The notes under the pieces: model-generated
What the model was told of the DNA's origin: nothing
What the model saw: the letters and a program-made list of their open reading frames with translations, nothing else
Databases searched by the model: none
In this document: in pieces, positions 14,165 to 29,139 of the stretch
Layout: every line of letters begins with the position of its first letter
Position numbering within the stretch: the first letter of the stretch is position 1
Position numbers and translations under genes: made by a program
Assembly: GCF_009914755.1 (NCBI RefSeq)
Contig: NC_060928.1
Strand: one strand, 5' to 3'
DNA from: the human T2T-CHM13v2.0 reference genome, Homo sapiens
Length of the DNA stretch: 64,000 nucleotides

Positions 14165-15710
14165 ATTACAAAGGGAGAAAATACGGAAAATACTATTTTT
14201 ACAGTTGAGAAACATGGCAGACACCACTTTAAACAAATGATTAAGATTAGCACCACCACCGGTATAATCCTGTATCATTAATACCCCTGATATGATACAT
14301 TGTGAAGGACACAACATCACTTCTCTGGTATTTTCCCCAAAATGCACAAACCTCAGTCTGTGCATGAGAAAACACCAGAAAAATTCAAATTGGGAGAATA
14401 TAAAATACAATGATTGACTAGTACTCATCCAAAGTTTCGAGGTCCCTGTCATGTAGGGACAAGCCCTACGGGGCTTAGCGGGTGTTCTCCCCGTGTGCGG
14501 AGACGAGAGATTGTAAAAAATAAAGACACAAGACGAAGAGTTAAAGAGAAAACAACTGGGCCCAAGGGACCACTACCACCAAGACGTGGAGACCGGTAGT
14601 GGCCCCAAATGGCTGGGCGCGCTGATATTTATTGCATACAAGACAAGGGGGGCAGGGTAAGGAGGGTGAGTAGTCCAAGTAATTGATAAGGTCAAGCAAG
14701 TCATGTGATCATGGGACAGGGGGCCCTTCCCTTTTAGGTAGCTGAAGCAGAGAGGGAAGTCAGCATATGTCAGCGTTTTCTTCTATGCTGCACTAATAAA
14801 AAAGATCAAAGACTTTAAGACTTTCACTATTTCTTCTACTTCTATCTACTACGAACTTCAAAGCGGAACCAGGAGTACGAGAGGAACATGAAAGTGGACA
14901 AGGAGCGTGATCATTGAAGCACAGCACCACAGGGAGGGGTTTAGGCCTCCGGATGACTGCAGGCAGGCCTGGATAATATCCAGCCTCCCACAAGAAGCTG
15001 GTGGAGCAGAGTGTTCTCTGACTCCTCCAAGGAAAGGAGACTCCCTTTCGTGGTCTGCTAAGTAATGGGTGCCTTCCCAGACACTGGCATTACCGCTTGA
15101 CCAAGGAGCCCTCAAGCGGCCCTTATGCGGGCGTGACAGAGGGCTCACCTCTTGCCTTCTAGGTCACTTCTCACAATGTCCCTTCAGCACCTGACCCTAT
15201 ACCCGCCGGTTATTCCTAGGTTATATTAGTAATGCAACGAAGAGTAATATTAAAAGCTAATGATTATTAACGTTTATACTAATGGTTGATAATTGTCCAT
15301 GATCATCTCTATATCTAATTTGTATTATGACTATTCTTATTCTATTTTCTTTATTATACTGAAACAGTTTGTGCCTTCACTCTCTTGCCTCGGCACCTAG
15401 GTAATCCTTCGCCCACACTGTCACAGGTTGGAGGAGACTGAGGGGCCAGAGCAGCTAAAAGCAATGTGGGATACTGGCTTGGATTCTGGAGCAGAAAAGG
15501 GTTATTAGGGGAAAAACTGGTGAAATCTGAATAGGTCTATAGTTCATAGTTAATAGTATTGTAACAATGTTAATTTATTGGTTTTGCTAATTGTATTATG
15601 GTTATATAGGTTAACATTAGGAAAGGCTGAGTGAAGGAATACATGAACTCTGTAAAATTTCTGCAAACTTTTTGTAAATTTAAAATTATTTAAAAATTAA
15701 ATATAAAAAC
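14165..15710 (+). mobile_element. L1MC-like 3' end, split by LTR13
   Basis: L1M 3' UTR motifs on both sides of the LTR (gaaggacacaacatcacttct; aatgtgggatactgg; A-rich end). Confidence 0.75.
14452..15417 (-). mobile_element. LTR13-family solo LTR (HERV-K HML-4)
   Basis: TG...CA termini, 966 bp, perfect 6-bp TSD ctgtca (14446-14451 and 15418-15423); minus strand begins tgtgggcgaaggattacctaggtgccgaggcaagag; minus-strand AATAAA at 14628-14633. Confidence 0.92.
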
Positions 15711-15714
15711 ATTA

Positions 15715-17500
15715 AAATTCCATAAGTAAATGAAAAAAAGTAATCAACAGTTTGGAAGATACAGTGAGGAAACCTCTTACCAAGTAGAGAAAAAAAAAGA
15801 CACGAGATGGAAAATAAAAGGGAAAATATAAGAAAATTAGAGTATCAGTCCACGAGGCCCAACATTCAAATAATGGAAAATCCACAGAGAGGGACAAATG
15901 GGAGAGAGTAAGTTATCAAGGAAATAATTCAAGAAAATTTCAGAAAACTGCAAGGACATGCATTTTATATTGAAAAGGTCCATTGAACGCTCAGCATAAT
16001 AGATGCAGAAGGATCTACCCATCCTGAAGCTTCCTGGTGTGACATTGCAAAATATTTGGGATAAAGAGAAGATTGTTAAAGCTTTCAGAAAAAAAGGGGC
16101 AAATCAGGTTACATACCCAAAGTTAAGAATCAAAAGCATCAAACTTCTTGCCAACACTGTTGAAACACATAGATATAAGAAGGCAGTAAAAAAATATAGT
16201 AAGAAAATGGAGCAGTGCCTTCAAAATTCTGAGGGAAGTATTTTCAACCGAAAATTCTGTCTTTAGGCAAATGTGTGTGAGGGTGGAAGAAGTATGTTTT
16301 CACATATTCAGGGCCTCAAAAATTTTACTTCCTAGGAACTTACTGGAAGATATGCCTCATCAAAGTAGAGATGTCAAAAGGAAGAGGAAAACATGGAAAC
16401 CAGGAAATAGTGCATTTACCATGAAAGTGAGGCGAAGGGCATCCCCAGGATGATGGTGAAGGAGAATCTCAAGATGATAGCTTTGCAGTAGGCTTAGACT
16501 AGAGCAGGGTAGTCCATATTTGAGCATATTAGGAGTCTTCAAGGGCCATATCACCAAGAAGATGAAATTGACAGAATTATTGGTTTAACTCAGTACAAGA
16601 TTTTTTTTTTTGAGACAGGGTCTCATTCTGTAGCCCAGGCTGGAGTGTAGTGGTGCAATCTTGGCTCACTGGTACCTCCGTTTCCCACGTTCAAATGATT
16701 CTTGTGCCTCAGCCTCCCGAGTAGCTGGGATTACAGGCACCCGCCATCACGCCTTGCTGATTTTTGTGTTTTTAGTAGAGACGGGGTTTCACCATGTAGG
16801 CCAGGCTGGTCTCAAACTTCTGACCTCAAGTGATCCACCTGCCTTGGCCTCCCAAAATGCTGGGATTACAGGTGTGAGCCGCTGCGTCCAGCCTAATTCA
16901 GTAGAAGATTTAAACAATTTGTGGAGAATTTTGAAGATAATCGGTGTTGCATACATAAAAAACAAAACTGAAACAATTAGTCACTCAGGGTGCAGTTTGG
17001 GTGGAAAGATGAGTTGTTCAAGAAAAGGAAAATATGCTTTTCAGAGTAGGGGATTAAAAGAAAAATTAAAAAGGAAAATAGTATACCACATGGCTCAGTG
17101 GTAAGCAGCATTTATATAGTAATGATGTAAACACTGAACATAGAACCGTACAAAATGATGGAACAACTAGCAGGAGGGTAGGAGGTATGGATGTGGACGG
17201 GGGTGGGGGTAGCTTCCATAGTAAAAAGTCAAAAAATAATACATCTTTATTACTCAAAAATCGAGAGTTGCAATACAACACTGCATTCGAAGATATGGAA
17301 GTCAGTGTTGAAAGAAACAACTAAAAGATGTGAACGTGGTTGCCTCTGGGAAGTAGGAAAAATGGGGATGGAGGAGGGCACAGCTCTTTGTGTAATGAGC
17401 CATATAGAACTACTTGATTCTTTAAACTGTGTGTTTATACGACTTTGGTGTTAAGGAAACATACATATAAAAAAGTAAAGTAAGTAAATAAAAGTGAAAA
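15715..17500 (+). mobile_element. HAL1-like or old L1 element (ORF1 remnant followed by 3' end), interrupted by an Alu
   Basis: ORF1-like A-rich segment at ~15750-16350, then gtggttgcctctggg-type 3' end and A-rich tail, with no room for ORF2. Confidence 0.6.
16602..16893 (-). mobile_element. AluS
   Basis: Antisense dimer; flanks aactcagtacaagattt and aattcagtagaagattt. Confidence 0.95.
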
Positions 17501-17552
17501 TGAACCCCCCAAATGTAAGTCATTTGAAAAGTTTAAAAACTATATGTATATA

Positions 17553-17815
17553 TTTTTGAGACGAAGTCTTGCTCTGTCACCCAGACTGGAGTGCAGTGGT
17601 ACAATCTTGGCTCACTGCAGCCTCTGCCCTCTGGGTTCAAGTGATTCTCCTGTCTCAGCCTCCTAAGTAGCCCAGCTAATTTTTTTTTTGTATTTTTATT
17701 AGAGATAGGGTTTCTCCATGTTGGCCAGGCTGGTCTCGAACTGACCTCCAAGTGATCTGCCCGCCTCAGCCTTCCAAAGTGCTGGGATTACAGGCGTGAG
17801 CCAACGCACCCAGCC
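17553..17815 (-). mobile_element. AluS with internal deletion
   Basis: Antisense Alu; flanking gaaaagttt repeats. Confidence 0.93.
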
Positions 17816-18154
17816 TGAAAAGTTTGAAATATTAAATTCACCCCAAGATGTGAATTAATTTTGGTTCTTACGTGGTAACCCTAAGAGGGGAGAAAAAGGG
17901 TATAAAAGTGACAGAAGGATGTATAGTAGAGGAAGCACGACCATGCATACATTACAGTTTGCCAGCTGTCCTGGTTATCAGACCTTTTCAAAAACCTTTT
18001 TTCTTTGAGATAAAAGACACTTATGAGCTGAAGTAGAAATTGCACCTAAACAATACTGCTTGAAATCTTTGATTCAGTTCTTCACTCTTTCTCACCCATT
18101 TCTTCTTGCTAGGCGGGAGTCAGGCATGGTGGTTGCTGGTATTGGGTTATTATT

Positions 18155-18882
18155 TGTTGAATCAAGCTGAATTCTGCTTGCTTCGTGCAACGAAGCCAAA
18201 TGCTGACATCCGGATAGCAGCGAGAGAAAGTGAGGCATTTATAGCAGGGAACCAAGTGAGGAGAATCGGGCAGCTCATGCTTAAGACCCCAACTCCCAGA
18301 TGGCTTTCAGGTAAGGATTTTTAAAGGTGGGGAGGCAGCAGTTACAGGCAAAGTCGTAAATCAGGTTGTTCTGACCCAGAAAGGTGGGACATCTCTAAGC
18401 AGCGGGAGAGAGGTGGAAACCCCCAGATCATAGAAGGATTCAAAGATTTTTGGATTTGCAATTGGTTGAGGAGGCTTTGTCTAAAGATTTGGGATCAGCG
18501 GAAAGGAATGTTAGCTCTGGCTAGTGGGGGGACCTCTTCCAGACCCCTCAGGAAGGAATTTAGAACAAAGAACACCATTCAGTTCATCCCTCGGCTCCCC
18601 CTATCTGAGGTCCACTGCCAGCACACCTGGGTTTCTGAAAATTAACTCAAGGACATATGTTATAATAAGATGTTATCTTTAGTTTCTATGGGGTAGAAAA
18701 CATCCCCTGACTCTCCTTGGCTATTGTTTTAAGTTACTATTACCTTTTTGCTTGTCAGCTTGCCCGTTTAGTTTTCAAGGCTAGCTAGGTGCCTGGCATT
18801 TCTCTTCAGGGAATTCAACATTTTCCTTTATTTCTATGCTTGGAGGGCCCCATGGGCCGCTAAGGGGTCCTGCTGCATCACA
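18155..18882 (-). mobile_element. ERV1-class solo LTR (MER41/MER57/LTR26-like; subfamily uncertain)
   Basis: TG...CA termini, flanking ttatt repeat (18150-18154 and 18883-18887), motifs gggcagctcatgct and gcaattggttg...gtctaaaga. Confidence 0.75.
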
Positions 18883-20014
18883 TTATTGGATTTTAGGTTA
18901 GTTTCAATTTCAACAATTAGGCTCCATTAATTTTTGGTTTGAAAATATAATCGCTGTAACTAAAGGTGTTTTAAGACTTAAAAAAAAAAATTCCCAGATA
19001 GACTTCAGTAGGCCTAACCGTCTATCTGTTCAAAAAGTCTGGTTGTAATGTTAAACCACTGTACTGAGGTCAGTGGCATCTTAATATGGACTTTGCTCTA
19101 ATAGCTTGACTCAATTAACTTAGTGTGTGAATAAAAATTCTTGTTTCTGGTTTGTGTTCTTTTGAGTTTCTGTCTTTATCTTTTAAAAATTTGACACAGT
19201 TTACTGTCTTATTGCTGTAGTCTGCTGTTTATTGTTCTATTGTGTGTTGCTGACTAAAAATATCAGTTATATTTGTTTGTGGATCTTTTCAAAGTGCTAA
19301 AATAGAAGTCAGTTAACACCCACAATTGCACCAGTTTAACTGACAAATGCAAAATAAATGTGATGTCTAATGATAGGCAGTAAGTCTTTTTCCTAGTTTG
19401 CAAAAAGCTGTTCAGAAATTTAGTTGAAAAAAATGAACTTCTTTTCTATGGGACATTTTTAGTGATTATAAAAGGATTCCATTGGAGGCCATGGGAAGAT
19501 ACTTCTCCACATTGTTCCACTTGAAAAATGATATTTTAAATGTATTTTTAGAGGGAAATGAGGGAGCTAAGACGATTGAGCAAAATCTGCTAGTTTTTGT
19601 TCCCTGTGACACTCTATGTCATCTTGGTGGCCTGATAGCACTTCATCATAGCGTTTATCTCAGAGTATTGGACAAATCTGATATATTTTTGCTTCTCCCA
19701 CCAGACTGTCAAACCTCTTAGAGATAGGAGTTGGGTTCTATACTTAGTAGTGTCCTCAGTGACTAGCACTATGCCCAGGGATGAAATTAAATGAATACAT
19801 GATTAGAATTCGCACAAAAAGAATTCTTTTCCTTGGACTGATCACTAGAAGCATTTTTTTAAACTGGAGATCTCCAAAGCTTTCTTGTATACATAAAAGC
19901 ATTTGAGGCCCTCCACAGTTAATCTCAGAAAAGGCAGTCTTCCTTTTTAAAAAATTTACTTCCTGTGAAGGATAATTGACTTAAAAATATTAATTATATA
20001 TAGAATTAATTTGG

Positions 20015-20480
20015 AGTATGTTCATCATAAGTAACCAAAAACTTAACAGTGACTTAAACAAGTAAGGACTTTATTTGTCTCACATGTAAAGTGTCTAGAG
20101 TAGGCAACCCATGGCTGATCTGGTGGCTCAATTATGTTGCCATGGATTTAGGCTCTTTCTGTTCCTTCATTGCTCCTTGTAGGCCCGGTTCTTACGCTTG
20201 TCAATAGGTGCTATATACACACCTATTGTAATATAGGCACCTATTGGCAAGCATAAGAACCGGGCCTGCAAGGAGGAATGGCATCACCTCCACTTTTCAT
20301 GCAAGAAAAAGGGAAAGAAAGGCACAGGGGTTGAAGGGCATGCCAGAAGAATCTGGCCCCTTTAAAAAAAACTTTCCTAGAAGATACTCCAATGACTTCT
20401 GCTTACATTTCATTGGCCAGAAATAGGTCATGGCTGTGTATAGCTGTGAGGGAGTCGGGGAAGATAAATATTTAGCTTTT
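20015..20480. mobile_element. Ancient LTR (MLT1J/K or LTR33-like) containing a fold-back hairpin
   Basis: acagtgacttaaacaa...; gacttctgcttacatttcattggccagaa...gtcatggc motifs. Confidence 0.65.
20168..20280. repeat. Long inverted repeat (hairpin)
   Basis: 20173-20211 is the reverse complement of 20237-20275 at 36/39 positions, extendable inward and outward. Confidence 0.95.
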
Positions 20481-20607
20481 CAACATCTATAGGAAGACAT
20501 GGACAAAGTAGATTGTGAGTGACTTTGGATAGATTATCTATAAAATAAATTTCAGAAAACAGACCTTTTCTTAATTTTTTTTTCTTTTAAAATAACTTTC
20601 CTGGGGC

Positions 20608-20880
20608 ACTATTTCAAACTGTAGGGCAGGACTCATTAGAGGTGCATAATCAATATAGTCAGTTGCTATCATTATTAAAAGAATGAAATAAAGTAAAATA
20701 GAAAAGACTAGAGTATATCAGAGTGCATCTCATTTGGTTAGGACTTGTATTTTGTGCAACACTTGTTGCATTTACATATTTATATTTATATATGTAGTAT
20801 ATTTACATATGCAGTATACTGTGTCACAATATAAAATATTTCTTGCCTGTGCATTATAGTAAAAAATCTGAAAGCCATTG
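20608..20880. mobile_element. hAT-Charlie-type DNA transposon fossil
   Basis: tttcaaact start, tatcagagtgcat, tgaaagccattg end. Confidence 0.55.
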
Positions 20881-21529
20881 TTCTGGAGAATCATTCATTT
20901 CATGAGTATTTATTATTCCAAGCAATTTGGGGGATATGCAGGAAATGTATAATAGAGGAGATAAAATGTACAAATATTTATAATAAGGAAGAAAGCTGTA
21001 TATGCTATAAAAGATATCAATAAAATGTTGTGGGAGGTCATTGGAATTGACTTATAGTAATTCCAATGGGTATAGGAAATGGGGTGAGCAGTGACATTTG
21101 AACTGAGACTCAAAGGATCAGAGATTCTTCCTTTTTTGTCTACCTCTATAAAGGGACTGGAAATTGTTCACAGTTGTGTTGAAGCTTTCAAACCCATATC
21201 ATAACCCTAAGTTACCTCACGACCAAATTGTTGTAGAACTATACAATTTTAAGAGTACCTTTATTTCACTATGGACCTATTAATTTTGCCTCTTTTAAAA
21301 ATGACTGCATTTTCTAAATCCCAGAATATCAATGTGGCTTTTGGACAAATCATCTTTACCTCTTGGTTTCAGTTTCCTCCTTTGTAGATGGAAATAATTG
21401 CTGCCCTTGTCTTATTAGAAAAATATAATCATATAGGTGCTCCTAAAAGCAAAGCCATTATATTAATAGAAATGTGAGATTGGCATTGCTAATAAAATGA
21501 AATTCATTTAAAAATCAAAATTCTCCTAG

Positions 21530-21680
21530 ACTCAGAGTTTTAGTATTGGAAGATTTTTCAGAGATCATGTGGTCCAATGTCACCTAATCATACAGAGGAA
21601 ATGGAGATTCAAAGAGGTTACAGTAATGAAGCATATGCCAGAAACCCAACTTGGGTCATCAACTTCCCAGCCCATTGCTG
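21530..21680 (-). mobile_element. MIR fragment
   Basis: gagatcatgtggtccaa...tacagaggaaatggagattcaaagaggtta. Confidence 0.6.
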
Positions 21681-22680
21681 TTATTTACTACCCTAGTTAG
21701 TAATTTTAAGAAGAGTGAGGAAGTGAGGACCCAGGAGAATGCTATTTTAGAAACTTCCTTTCTTACTAGAAACAAAATTATTTCAGCCCTTGCAAATCAT
21801 TTGTCATAAATGTAGCTAGAACGACCAGTGTTAATTGTTTTCATCCCTACTGCTCTGTTAGTCTGGTCAGCATTATCTGGTTTATAAACTGGATTTTTCA
21901 GTCATTAGAATTCTGAGGTTACTGCTGAAGATACAGTGACCCATTTTCAGAATCAAAAAGATCAGCTCATTTGTCTTCTTGCCAGTTAGTGTTAGGTGTT
22001 TGCAGCTCCTTGTTTTTCTCTGCCTGCACTCTTAAATAATTGCTTTAACTAACAAGCCTAGTCATCTTCTCTGCGTAGTGCAGAAGGTGATAATAAATTG
22101 CACCAGGCTTAAGCTGTAAGAGATTGTAAGTCTTCTTTCTCATGTGGATATGTCTATTTATTTAATCCAGGTTTGTGAGTGACATGACTCCTGCTCTGAC
22201 TCAGAAAGGGTAGCCTTGATGTTCTGGTCTCCTAATGGCATAAGGGAAAGGGAACTTTCCTGAGGAAAAAAATAAATGGAAGAATTTTTTCTAGAGCCTA
22301 GACATGGCAGGATAGACCCTTTACACAATCTACACAATCACTGTAGGCATGTTTGTCTTCATTTCTATGGGGTAGATATTATTCTGTTCATTTTACAAGG
22401 TCAGAGTAAGTAATGGAGATGCACTTCAATGATAGATCCTTCTCCTTTCACTCTGTACTGCACCATGATGATTATATAGAACATTATAGAGGGATCTGTG
22501 CTTCATAGTAGATTTCTTAAAAGGACTGGATGTTCACAGGCCCTGGTGCATCAATTTCAACCCTCATCAAGTTTGTCAAATCTGTGCTCTATCTTTTTAA
22601 AGCCTCCTTATTGTAAGTAAACTTATGCATTTTAAATGTAAGTGACATAGTGCATCTTCTTTTTGTTTTTTTCCAAGTGA

Positions 22681-22998
<318 letters not shown>

Positions 22999-23008
22999 GA
23001 ATTTTTAA

Positions 23009-24049
<1,041 letters not shown>

Positions 24050-24609
24050 GCTTTATGAATATTAAAACTGCTAAAACAAAGCCTGTCCTCTGTATCATTT
24101 GTTTCTACTCAACTGATGGACTTTTATCACTAATGACAGAGGAGACGAATGTAATGGGTTAAGATAATACACATCAGCCCTAGGCTAATCACTTACGAAC
24201 CAGAAGGGACCTCAGAGATCACATGGCCCACTCTCCTCATTTTGTATAATCCAAAGGCTCCGTTTCCCCACCTACATGCTTCTGAGCGCTTTCATTTGTT
24301 TGTTCAGTCACTTAGGAACACTTACTGGTACTATACTTACTGCATGCTAAGTGCTGGGTTGGATCCTGAGGACACATTCTTTGATTTCAATAATCCTACA
24401 AATCTATGAGAAGGAACAGACTGACATACTGCGAACTACATACAAGTGAGTAAGTGGGGCAGTCGAGCCACAAACTACAGGAGCTTTGAGGACACATTGT
24501 TAATTCTGCCTAAACATTTTCATCTTTCATTGCAATGGATGATTAGGAAGCGCAGAGTTTCACTTTGGTTTTGTTCATGGATGTTTAGAATGTTTAAGTA
24601 GGAAAAGAA

Positions 24610-24748
24610 GCCAGGTGCAGTGGTTTCTACCTATAGTCCCAGCTACTAGGGAGGCTAAGGTGGAGGGATTGCTTGAGCCCAGGAGTTTACTCAGCCTGGA
24701 CAACACAGTAAGACCCTTTGTCTAAAATATATATAAAATAAAAATAAA
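24610..24748 (+). mobile_element. FLAM_A-like Alu monomer
   Basis: Monomer with tagtcccagctact; TSD aagtaggaaaag. Confidence 0.85.
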
Positions 24749-25059
24749 GTAGGAAAAGTATCAGAGGCAGCAGTTTTCTTAATGGGGGAAGAATACAAGA
24801 GTATAGTTTTCCTTCTGTGCAGTAATTTCTCCATCAAGTTCTTTTATACAGTGGCAATTCTATGTACATATAATCAGAGAAAGTGTTCCATCTATATTTT
24901 ACAGTGGATAATTTTTTACTTACATCAACAAAATACTCCTTATATGGGCCATCCATTGAGACATGAAAACATACAGAACAATACAGCCAGTATTTATTAA
25001 GTTCCTGCCATATGGTCAGAACTGTAGTAAACTTTATGGAGGATTCATCGTCATCAACA

Positions 25060-25200
25060 TAGTAGCTAGCATTTCCTGAGTGCTTTCCTTGTGCCAGACA
25101 TTGTACTAAGCATTTTATATGCATCATCTCATATAATTCTCCAAAAAACACGGCAGAGTTAGAACTATCTCCAGAGACCATGCTCTTAACCACTACTCTG
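25060..25200 (-). mobile_element. MIR fragment
   Basis: ctgagtgc...tgtgccagacattgtactaagcattttata; ccatgctcttaaccacta. Confidence 0.65.
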
Positions 25201-25316
25201 GACAAAAGAAGTGAAAGATAGGAATCTATAGTTTAGAAAGTTTTAGACTTTTTACAATGGGGTAAATTTTCAAGGAATGTTACAAAGTGATATGTAATTG
25301 AGTTCTATTCTCAGTC

Positions 25317-25621
<305 letters not shown>

Positions 25622-26249
25622 CTATTCTCAGTTTTTTCCACTTATATATCTCATCTAGTTTTACAATTTTAATCCTCATCTCTCAGTTGATGACTTCTGG
25701 AAAGATATCCACAAGCCACACCTCTCTTATGACTCCACACCTGCTTTTCTAGCTTTAATTGGACACTTGCAGATAGTTGTCCCAGAGGCATTTCATACAT
25801 AATATGTCTAAGGAGAAATATCTGAGAGTCTCATCCATATCTGCTCATTCTCCCTGCTCCATACTTTGTTGATGACATTGCTCTCTGTGCTCTTCTCCAA
25901 AACACAAGCATTGTTGCCCCTCCTTTTTTTCCACCATCCCATAGCTGACTCCACTTTAATCTACTATTTGCACTACCCCTTGTCGTTTATCTAAACCATT
26001 CTGATTTCAGGATTTTGTGATGAAATTAATTAAATAGGTTGTGTGAAGGTGAAACTAGTCAAAATGATCAGACTGCTTGGATGTGAAGAAAAAGTGGATG
26101 CTAAATCAGTGTTCACTGGTTACATACTTAATTCTGACATGCATGCCAGAACTCTGCAAGACAAGGAGGTTGGGAGCTTACTTTGAACTGCTCCTTTTTG
26201 CTCCTGTAGCCTTTTTTATATATCTCTGTGATCTCACTGGTCATGTTTT

Positions 26250-26392
26250 CATAATTATTTGTTTGTGCTTGTCATTCCTTTGAATAGCAGAGACTCTGAT
26301 CCTATATGTCTTTGAAGCCCACCCCACAATGACAAGCACACTGCCAGGCACAGAACAAAGATTTATTAATGTTTGTTGATTAAAGGAATGAT
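26250..26392 (+). mobile_element. LINE-2 3' tail
   Basis: gcacactgccaggcacag...aatgtttgttgattaaaggaatga. Confidence 0.6.
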
Positions 26393-27412
26393 TCCCTTAG
26401 TTTTAAAATAAAAAAAATTAACTACAAATATGCTGAGAAAGCATGGTTTAATTTTCTAAGAAATTACCAAATAGTTATCTATTATGACGCAGCCAACCAA
26501 ATAATTTCAGAAAATCTTAGCCTTCTTCACATCAATTCACACAAGTTGTTAAATCTCAGAATATACGATTTCCCTGCTTAAATATCTTTACCAACTTCTC
26601 ATTACCTAATAATCAAGTGTCCTTTCAACTCTGATTATAAAGCTTAGGTCTATGATTTCTTACCTGAAAAAATTTAAATCTAATGTGAAAATAAGATAGA
26701 TAGAATCCCATAGTAACTAGCAGAATGGTTTTAAATATCCATGTATAAACGATGATTCAATCACATTAATGCCAACAGTTAGCAGTTTGGGCCTTGTTTC
26801 ATATTTCTTTTGTGAAAGATAATTATCTATTTGATTTGGGTTGTCCTGCCCTTTTAAAAACATTGGTTTAAGCATGTGATATCACGGAATAACAGAGGTT
26901 TGTCAGTTCTTGCATTTCACATATAGAACACAGCATCAGTCAGCGCTACTAGTTCTGAGACTTATCAAGGTCTTGGATTTTTTTAAACTACTGCTGATTA
27001 ATCTCAGAACAGAAGGGTATCAAAGACAGTGGTATACCTAGAATATATAACCTGGACTGGATCATTCTTTAACACTCCCTCTTCATATAACATTACTATT
27101 TTTGCAAATAGTCATTTAATATCAGTACTAATCATTATTGTCTTGATGCTTTAGTTTTAGTTTTAGTTTAATTAAAACAACAATAAATTTCAATTGTAAA
27201 GATACTCATATTCAGTAAAATATTTCCTGTGCAAAATAAAATTTGCACTTCTCAAGCAAAAATACTGCGCCTTACATTTTGCAATATTTCACTGTTTTAA
27301 ATGCAAATAAAAATGTCAAATGGTCACATAAATGGCAGGAATGAAGTAACTGAAATTTTATTTCTTCCTATCACAATACTGAGCCATCATTGTTTATTTG
27401 GATATGCTGTTT

Positions 27413-27833
<421 letters not shown>

Positions 27834-27995
27834 TTATATGTATATGATTAATACTTGACAGTGATTGCAGCAATTGTTTAGAACCTAGACCAACAAAAGG
27901 TTTTTTGGGGGAGGAATATTTTATCATGGACATTGTTTTCTATTGCCAGTGCATGATGATAATTAAAAGCAGACTGGGTTTTAGTCAGCTTTTCA

Positions 27996-28181
<186 letters not shown>

Positions 28182-29139
28182 ATGTCCTTGTATTGTGCAA
28201 GAGGAGATTAGCGATACTAAATTTATTAAACAAGTTAAAATATAAGTGCAGCCACTAAGAGAAGAAATAAAGCATATAACCTCCAAATTGTAGACCAAAA
28301 AAAAAAAAAAAGAATTTTTAAATTCAAAAAAGAAAAAAAAAGTCAGGAAAAGCAGGGAAGGGGAAAAAGAAGCAAAAAATTTGCAAAAATTAAAACCTCC
28401 AAATTCTCTATAGACATTATATCCCCTTACTGCCTGTACCTGGACAGCATACTTCCACTGCCCTGGGCTTGATACACCACTGATTCGAGTCTTGTTTTTT
28501 GATTTCTGCTTCATGGTTTCATTTATTTTAACTGACACTGATAAACATGCATTATGCACTGTTACTAGGTGGATCCTGACTTGTTTCATGGATGCACTTA
28601 TCTCCTTCTGCCCCCAACATCTACCACTGTCTTCATTTCCAGTCCTCAATAACATCAGCAATTTTTCCAAACCCTCACTCTCAGACAGGCAGGAGAGCCT
28701 CCTTGTTTGTTGTGCTTTAGCTTTATTATATTTCAAAAATTCAATAGTAGAAAGTGTGATTTGCATTTTCCAGCCCTACTCATGGTAGTGTGACCTTACA
28801 TCCGTGGATGAATATCAGTGAAATATTGCTTGAGGACAGAATGCATTTCCAAATAAATTGGTTCACTAAAGGGCAGCTGGGGTGACTTCTTGCTATTCTG
28901 CATCTTGGTATCTTTTTTGTCAATTAATACGATGGAACATAATGTTTCCTCAAACTGTTATGAGCATAGATGTGTCACAGCTAAATGCCACATCCGTTAA
29001 ATTTTAGGAAATCTGGAATGGCATTAAAATGTTTAATAGTTATCAAAGTAAGATAGTCTTTTTAATGAAATTTTCAATGGTAGTAGAGTGTAAATTACAG
29101 ATTTCCCTTTAATATGATCAACGGATAAATGTTAATAAG

